Below the pieces are notes generated by a model. It was not told the origin of the DNA. It did no database searches and saw nothing but the letters and a program-made list of their open reading frames with translations. 13,401 nucleotides of DNA from an uncultured archaeon (GTDB lineage: Archaea > Asgardarchaeota > Lokiarchaeia > Sigyniarchaeales > SOKP01). Positions 8,260-13,401 of the stretch are shown piece after piece (the stretch's first letter is position 1; each line of letters starts with the position of its first letter). The DNA is taken from positions 1 through 13,401 of the forward strand of contig CAYLZE010000130.1 of assembly GCA_964388035.1 (NCBI GenBank). Direction: 5' to 3'. Position numbers and translations under genes: made by a program.

Positions 8260-9666
8260 TTAGATGCCTGCTAATAGAGAGTTTATTTGATTCGCATACA
8301 AAATTAATAGAATTAGAATTATAATGAATGCAATGCAATATAATTGGTGTACATTAAAAACATTTCCAACATCCACATTTTCCATTCTTTCCTTATACTC
8401 TTTAATTTTTAAATTAAAGAACATTTTTTGGCCTTTTTTTGTAAGTATCAAACTATCCTCGATTTTTTCTATCATGTCTTGTTTGATTAACTTATTAAGA
8501 TGTTTTTCCACGATATCAGCTCCTAAATTATTATAAAAAAAATCCGCAAACCCTCGATAATATAATCTTCCGTGCTTAAGTCCCGTTTCAAATTTTTTAA
8601 TTAAATCTGCTTGGGATATTTTTTCACGACGAATGCTTCCCAACAAATATCCCGTCAATCGATTTTCATAGATCTGGTCGGCGGCTACCTTTATCTCAGT
8701 TATATCAAAATCCTCTTCTTTAGCTAATATTTCCCGCAACACTTCAATACCCTCTTTGAAAATTAGAATGGAAATGATAATTCCGACAATTGCATCAACA
8801 AAATAGAAATGAAAGATTGCAAACGTCAATCCAATTAGCACCCCTAAGGAAATCTTTACGTTTAATTCTGAGTCCTTGGAATCACTTAATAATGACAAAT
8901 TACCCGAGGTCCTACCAATAAGACTCTTTCCATACATTAGACCATAATTTAAAGCAATAGAACATCCCCCTATGAGATAAGCTTGAATTGTAGGTATAAT
9001 GGGAAGGGGATTGAATAACTTCTCAATGCTGTCCCATAATAAAGTAAATCCGGTAATTAACATTAATCCTATAATAATTACACTTGCTAATTTATCTTTT
9101 TTAAAGTAAAAAGCCACCAGATAAATAATACCAATTTTTATGAGATCCGTTAAGTTTTCAAAACCTTCCGAAATCATTCCTTGAGAATCAATTTGAAATC
9201 CAATCAGTATTTTAAAGAACGAGAGAAAGATTAAACAGATTGCTGTTAAAATCATTATGGTGTGCTTATTCATGAGAATTTGCATGTAATGACTGGTAAA
9301 AAGGGTATTACAGAAGGATGCTTCTACGAGTTTTCTACCTTCTGAAGTTAAATTAAGCTGATTCCCATTTTTTATTTCAATCAATTTTTGTTTTTTGGCA
9401 TGTTCTATAAATTCCTTAATATCTTCATCTTCAACTACTAATTGTTTAGTAGAAGAAATAAAAAATGAGCTCATGACTTTTTTAATTTCGTTCAAATCTT
9501 CAATTCCATCATAAATACAACATAAAAAACCATAAAAATAGGAATCGTGACCGCCGTGGCGTTTGGTAGGATAATGCGTTTTTAATAACTCTTGAGCTTC
9601 CCGATGTAAAGCAGTATTCAAGGATTTATTGGCAAATTTTCTTCCAGTTTTTCTGAACGCATACAT
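8260..9666 (-). CDS. Cation diffusion facilitator (CDF)-like transmembrane domain flanked by two winged-helix-like domains
   Basis: aa ~137-310 give six hydrophobic helices with CDF-like motifs (KILIGFQIDSQGMISEGFENLTD; GNLSLLSDSKDSELN; VDAIVGIIISILIFKEG). Both flanks carry wHTH wing-type motifs (KKQKLIEIKNGNQLNLTSEGRKL; LNKLIKQDMIEKIEDSLILTKKGQK). One more hydrophobic helix sits at the C-terminus. Confidence 0.75.
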   Translation of the reverse strand: MYAFRKTGRKFANKSLNTALHREAQELLKTHYPTKRHGGHDSYFYGFLCCIYDGIEDLNEIKKVMSSFFISSTKQLVVEDEDIKEFIEHAKKQKLIEIKNGNQLNLTSEGRKLVEASFCNTLFTSHYMQILMNKHTIMILTAICLIFLSFFKILIGFQIDSQGMISEGFENLTDLIKIGIIYLVAFYFKKDKLASVIIIGLMLITGFTLLWDSIEKLFNPLPIIPTIQAYLIGGCSIALNYGLMYGKSLIGRTSGNLSLLSDSKDSELNVKISLGVLIGLTFAIFHFYFVDAIVGIIISILIFKEGIEVLREILAKEEDFDITEIKVAADQIYENRLTGYLLGSIRREKISQADLIKKFETGLKHGRLYYRGFADFFYNNLGADIVEKHLNKLIKQDMIEKIEDSLILTKKGQKMFFNLKIKEYKERMENVDVGNVFNVHQLYCIAFIIILILLILYANQINSLLAGI

Positions 9667-9687
9667 GTTAAAAACATTGTACTCTAA

Positions 9688-9699
9688 TTTATATATTTT
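9688..9699. promoter_or_regulatory. TATA-like element in the 72-bp divergent spacer between the CDF-like and nitroreductase genes
   Basis: On the minus strand TATATAAA (9695-9688), preceded by purine-rich GAGAAAA, lies 22-29 bp upstream of the ATG at 9666, which fits a leaderless archaeal transcript. It reads TTTATATA on the plus strand. Confidence 0.4.
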
Positions 9700-9738
9700 C
9701 TCATCTTACTCCTCGTAACATATAAATTTGAACAAAAT

Positions 9739-10248
9739 ATGATAATAGAACCGCAAAAATTATTAGACTTTTTAAAAAGTCGAAGAAGCATCCGAAATTT
9801 TAAAGATAAATCTATCTCAGAAAAAGATATTACCATGATTTTAGAAGCGGCTCAATGGACACCCAGTGCTTCGAATAAGCAGCCATGGAGATTTATAGTA
9901 ATTAAGGATAAGGATCTTCTTAAAAAAATATCCGGAACTGCAGTTTATGGTAAATTCCTTAAAAATGCACCGCTCGCTATTGCCATAATTGGAAAAAAAA
10001 CTGAAAATCCAAATTGGTATATTCAGGATGCCACTTTAGCTTCAATGAGCATGATGTTAATGGCTTGGTCCCTCGACATCGGAACTTGTTGGATCGGAAC
10101 TATGGATCGAGAAAAAGTGAAAAACTTCTTGAGCCTAAGCGAAGAAGATTATCTTCTCACGGTATTACCAATGGGATATATTAAAGGGGAAGTCCCAAAA
10201 CCAACGCTCAGAAAAAATCTGGATGAGATTACTGGCGAAATAAGTTAA
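9739..10248 (+). CDS. Nitroreductase family FMN-dependent oxidoreductase
   Basis: SRRSIRNF, ILEAAQWTPSASNKQPWRFIVI, MMLMAWSLDIGTCWIG and LPMGY are nitroreductase hallmarks. Confidence 0.95.
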   Translation: MIIEPQKLLDFLKSRRSIRNFKDKSISEKDITMILEAAQWTPSASNKQPWRFIVIKDKDLLKKISGTAVYGKFLKNAPLAIAIIGKKTENPNWYIQDATLASMSMMLMAWSLDIGTCWIGTMDREKVKNFLSLSEEDYLLTVLPMGYIKGEVPKPTLRKNLDEITGEIS

Positions 10249-10318
10249 TGTGAGTTAACAAGTATTATTAGATTCTTTAAGAATAAAAGTAAGAAAAGAA
10301 AATTGGACTTAAAAGAAA

Positions 10319-11485
10319 TTAAATTTTGAGAACTACCTCATCCATGGTTTCTGGAGCGCTAGTTAGTTTTTCGTATCCATCCTCCGTAATTAAAACCGTA
10401 TCTGAGTGTCTAAATCCGCCTACTCCGGGTATATAAATTCCGGGTTCAACACTAACTAGCATTCCTGCTTGCAAGGGATGATCATATCCTTCTGCAAGAT
10501 AAGGTGCTTCATGTCCTGTTATTCCTAAGCCATGTCCAGTGCGGTGCAAGATGTTGTTTCCGTATCCTTGCTCCTTGAGAAACTTTTTGACTTTTAAATC
10601 GATTTCACTCATTATTCTACCTGGAGTAAGCATGCTATAGGCCATCTCTCTTGCTTTCAGAACTGTTGCAAATGGTTTTTTAGCTTTTTCAGGCATCTCT
10701 CCCAAGAAAAAGGATCTTTCGATCTCCACCCCATATCCATCCACTTGTGCTTGAACTATCGAAACGTGAGGGCCTCCTTCTTCTATCTTATCAAAGATAT
10801 TGGGAACTAAGTGCGGGTCATGAGAAATGGATGGCGGCCAGACAATTCCCATGGTTTGAGTTACCTTAAAATTTGCATCAGGGATATCTTTTATAATTGC
10901 ATTTGTCATTGCATTATTTGCTTCCTTATATATTGCAAACAAGAGGGTACCAGGTTTACATGCTTTTAAAACGGCTTTATGGCCTTTATTTACTACCTTG
11001 CAAGCATGAACTGACCGTCCGATTTCATATTCCGACTTTATTAACCGAACATCTTCGACTATATCAATAATTTTAACGGTTCCCGGTGTTTTTTGGAGAA
11101 TCCCGGCAGGCATTATGGATTCAACACCCACTTTTGCATCCTTTGGAATGATTTTTCTGTAATAATCATACCAATTTTCCCCGCTCCTCATCGGAAATTC
11201 AAAATAAATGACAAATTCCAATTCGCACCTTGCTCTTAGACGAACGTGTCCCTCTTCTAATTGAGGGATTAACATTTTTGGAAGCCCCTCTTTGGGGATA
11301 ACCAAGATAAATGGACGCTCATGGACATAGAAAGCAAAATTTGTTAGATAATAAATGTTGACGGGATCGAAACATACATAATAATCTAATTTATTTTCTT
11401 CCATCAATTTCCGTACTTTTCTGTACCGTGTTTCTAATTCTTCCTTACTTGGAGGACTTGTTATTCCTTTTAATTTTTTACTCAT
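10319..11485 (-). CDS. M24 family (Xaa-Pro peptidase / creatinase-like) hydrolase
   Basis: N-terminal creatinase/prolidase domain (DPVNIYYLTNF) and C-terminal pita-bread motifs (RLIKSEYEI, HRTGHGLGITGHEAP, SVEPGIYIPGVGGFRHSDTVLITEDG). Confidence 0.92.
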   Translation of the reverse strand: MSKKLKGITSPPSKEELETRYRKVRKLMEENKLDYYVCFDPVNIYYLTNFAFYVHERPFILVIPKEGLPKMLIPQLEEGHVRLRARCELEFVIYFEFPMRSGENWYDYYRKIIPKDAKVGVESIMPAGILQKTPGTVKIIDIVEDVRLIKSEYEIGRSVHACKVVNKGHKAVLKACKPGTLLFAIYKEANNAMTNAIIKDIPDANFKVTQTMGIVWPPSISHDPHLVPNIFDKIEEGGPHVSIVQAQVDGYGVEIERSFFLGEMPEKAKKPFATVLKAREMAYSMLTPGRIMSEIDLKVKKFLKEQGYGNNILHRTGHGLGITGHEAPYLAEGYDHPLQAGMLVSVEPGIYIPGVGGFRHSDTVLITEDGYEKLTSAPETMDEVVLKI

Positions 11486-11806
11486 AAAAGAACCTCTAAA
11501 TTTTATTTAATAATTAGCATTAACGATTTAAGAAGTTTTTTTTTATTTCTTTATTTATAAAGTAAATTAAACATTAAGGATAATAATTCTAAAATTTCTA
11601 TTAATATACTTAGTAGATAGATTTATATATTTCAAATTCTAACAGTTCTCTCTGAGATGAATCTGCTAAATATTTATTAATTCTATGACGAGTCATTATT
11701 GAATACAGAAATAATTCCTTTTGTAACAACATTTGCTTTCCTAAAATTTTCCAATTTTAAAATAAATATTTGATTTTATCAAAAACAAATAATATTTTCT
11801 ATTCGT

Positions 11807-13018
11807 CTATGAAATAGAATTATTTGATACAGAATTTTCTATAAATTTCTTCTTTATTGAAACAATATCCTTTGAAAGTATTGTGATAATTTTTAAATGC
11901 ATATTTAATTTAAAATAGAGGAAATATATTACTAATAAGGGTAAGGACAGAAGTGCATATACAATAATTTGCAAACTTGAATTATAAAAAAAATCATAAA
12001 GTATTTTGCTAGCGATTGGGTATATAATTAACCAACCACCTGATGTAAATATTAGCACAGATAAGATTAATTTATTGTTAAAAGCCTTAAAATAGAGTAC
12101 CTCTTCAAAAGGTTTTGCCCATATAATAATAATTAATGGAAATATTAAAAAAAACATTCTTGACCAATCAACAGCTCCAAATAGAGAAAACAGCATTACT
12201 AAAAAAATAAAAATGAGGTTTATCTTTTCCCTAAATTCCGATTTTAAAAATCCTATAAATACAAAAAAAATAACGATGCTCATTAAGTATAAACAATATC
12301 CGTAAATTAAGATTATAAATTGAACCAATGCATTTATAATCCCATGGTTAAGAGAAATATTATGATAAGCAAGGTTTGTTAAGAAAAAGTTAAAATCAAA
12401 AGGTCTTCCATAATTATTTATAAGGTATACTGCGCCTAAAACAATGGATACGATTATTATTGAAAGAATTAATCTAAGATTTTTATCATAGATCGCATTT
12501 ATTAATATTATGGGGACATAAAAAAGTGCTGCTTCTTTGGTGAAATATGCCAATATCAAGACTAGGCTTGTTATAATATATTTTCCTTTCTTCACATATA
12601 ATAATAAGACCATGATAATAAGGTAAAAAGGGGCATCTATTAATCCGTAATCGAAAGATAAAGAGAGAAAAAACGAAGATCCAATATATATTATCAAAGC
12701 GAATAATCTTGTTTCAAGACGATAATTATATGCCTCTAAAAGTAAATATATGATAATTGGAATGGAAGACATGGATACAATAATTATTATTTTAAATATA
12801 GTCTCATGAATCTCAATAGGAAAACAACTAACAATAAATGGAATGAAAATACGATTATTAAAGGGAGGATACACCTCTTTCCCTTCTGCTAAATTATAGT
12901 AATTTATTGCATCAGCACCCTTATAAAATCCAAAAATGGAGCCATAAATCAATATATAAATTAAATGAAAGAGAAAGATTAGAATTAAAAGTAAAGGTTT
13001 CTTATTTTTAACTTTCAT
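11807..13018 (-). CDS. Polytopic membrane protein, probable GT-C fold glycosyltransferase
   Basis: About 10-11 hydrophobic segments, an Asp after TM1 (GADAINYYNLA), PPFNNRIFIP, LIDAP and a TKE motif, the layout expected for PMT/ArnT-like GT-C enzymes. Confidence 0.55.
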   Translation of the reverse strand: MKVKNKKPLLLILIFLFHLIYILIYGSIFGFYKGADAINYYNLAEGKEVYPPFNNRIFIPFIVSCFPIEIHETIFKIIIIVSMSSIPIIIYLLLEAYNYRLETRLFALIIYIGSSFFLSLSFDYGLIDAPFYLIIMVLLLYVKKGKYIITSLVLILAYFTKEAALFYVPIILINAIYDKNLRLILSIIIVSIVLGAVYLINNYGRPFDFNFFLTNLAYHNISLNHGIINALVQFIILIYGYCLYLMSIVIFFVFIGFLKSEFREKINLIFIFLVMLFSLFGAVDWSRMFFLIFPLIIIIWAKPFEEVLYFKAFNNKLILSVLIFTSGGWLIIYPIASKILYDFFYNSSLQIIVYALLSLPLLVIYFLYFKLNMHLKIITILSKDIVSIKKKFIENSVSNNSIS

Positions 13019-13312
13019 AATTGTCTATTATAAGTTTAGAGTGATATAAGTCGATAATTTCTATAAGCTTAAGATATTTATGTGAAAGAATAATTATATT
13101 AAAAATTTCTCTTGATTCAAAAATATACTAAATTAAAGCTTGTTCTACAGTTTGAAAGATCTTTTTATTGCTAATAATTTCGACTTGCCTCAATGAAATC
13201 CTATTCTCTACTATCATTGAAAATTACTTAAATTTTATAAGAAGGTATGAATCTGAATTTCGTAATAGTTATTCATTTATTATTTATAACATCTTCAGGT
13301 TATAAAAATTAG

Positions 13313-13401
13313 TTATAACCCTAATAATAAAAATATAAATTCAAAAATAAAAAATAAACCGAGCAGAATCTCAATTATTAGTAAAACCCTTTCATTTGTA
13401 T
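13313..13401 (-). CDS. Probable 3' end of a membrane-protein gene entering from the right edge
   Basis: The minus frame from 13399 reads TNERVLLIIEILLGLFFIFEFIFLLLGL then TAA (13315-13313), which looks like a terminal transmembrane helix. Only 28 sense codons are visible. Confidence 0.45.
   Translation of the reverse strand, partial: TNERVLLIIEILLGLFFIFEFIFLLLGL

Noticed and set aside
5943-8536. Plus-strand ORFs 5943..6218, 6612..6824, 6885..7082 and 8324..8536
   Set aside because: Antisense to long genes; their S/F/L-rich composition mirrors K/E-rich codons on the coding strand.
11696-11809. Amber readthrough at the TAG ending the GT-C-like gene (a second TAG follows after 21 sense codons, then TAA)
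   Set aside because: The extension is short and looks like intergenic sequence, so the TAG is most simply a real stop. That argues mildly against genome-wide amber recoding.

Overview
AT-rich, gene-dense archaeal DNA, probably Asgard (Lokiarchaeia-like). The taxonomy is inferred from a gelsolin-like protein, a Fae-Hps fusion, a TrmB-type protein and TATA-like promoters. Left to right: (1) a 5'-truncated membrane-protein frame (1..1152) interrupted by one in-frame TAG; (2) a gelsolin-domain protein overlapping a B12-binding radical SAM gene; (3) fae-hps; (4) an 833-aa TrmB-like protein whose HTH and C-terminal domains are separated by about 600 aa of predicted coiled coil with a basic-aromatic motif at its midpoint; (5) a CDF-like transporter domain between two winged-helix-like domains, divergent from a nitroreductase; (6) an M24-fold hydrolase with altered metal ligands; (7) a GT-C-like membrane protein; (8) a probable gene tail at the right edge. 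I recognised no RNA genes, CRISPR arrays or mobile elements. All family calls come from motif recognition by eye, not from searches.
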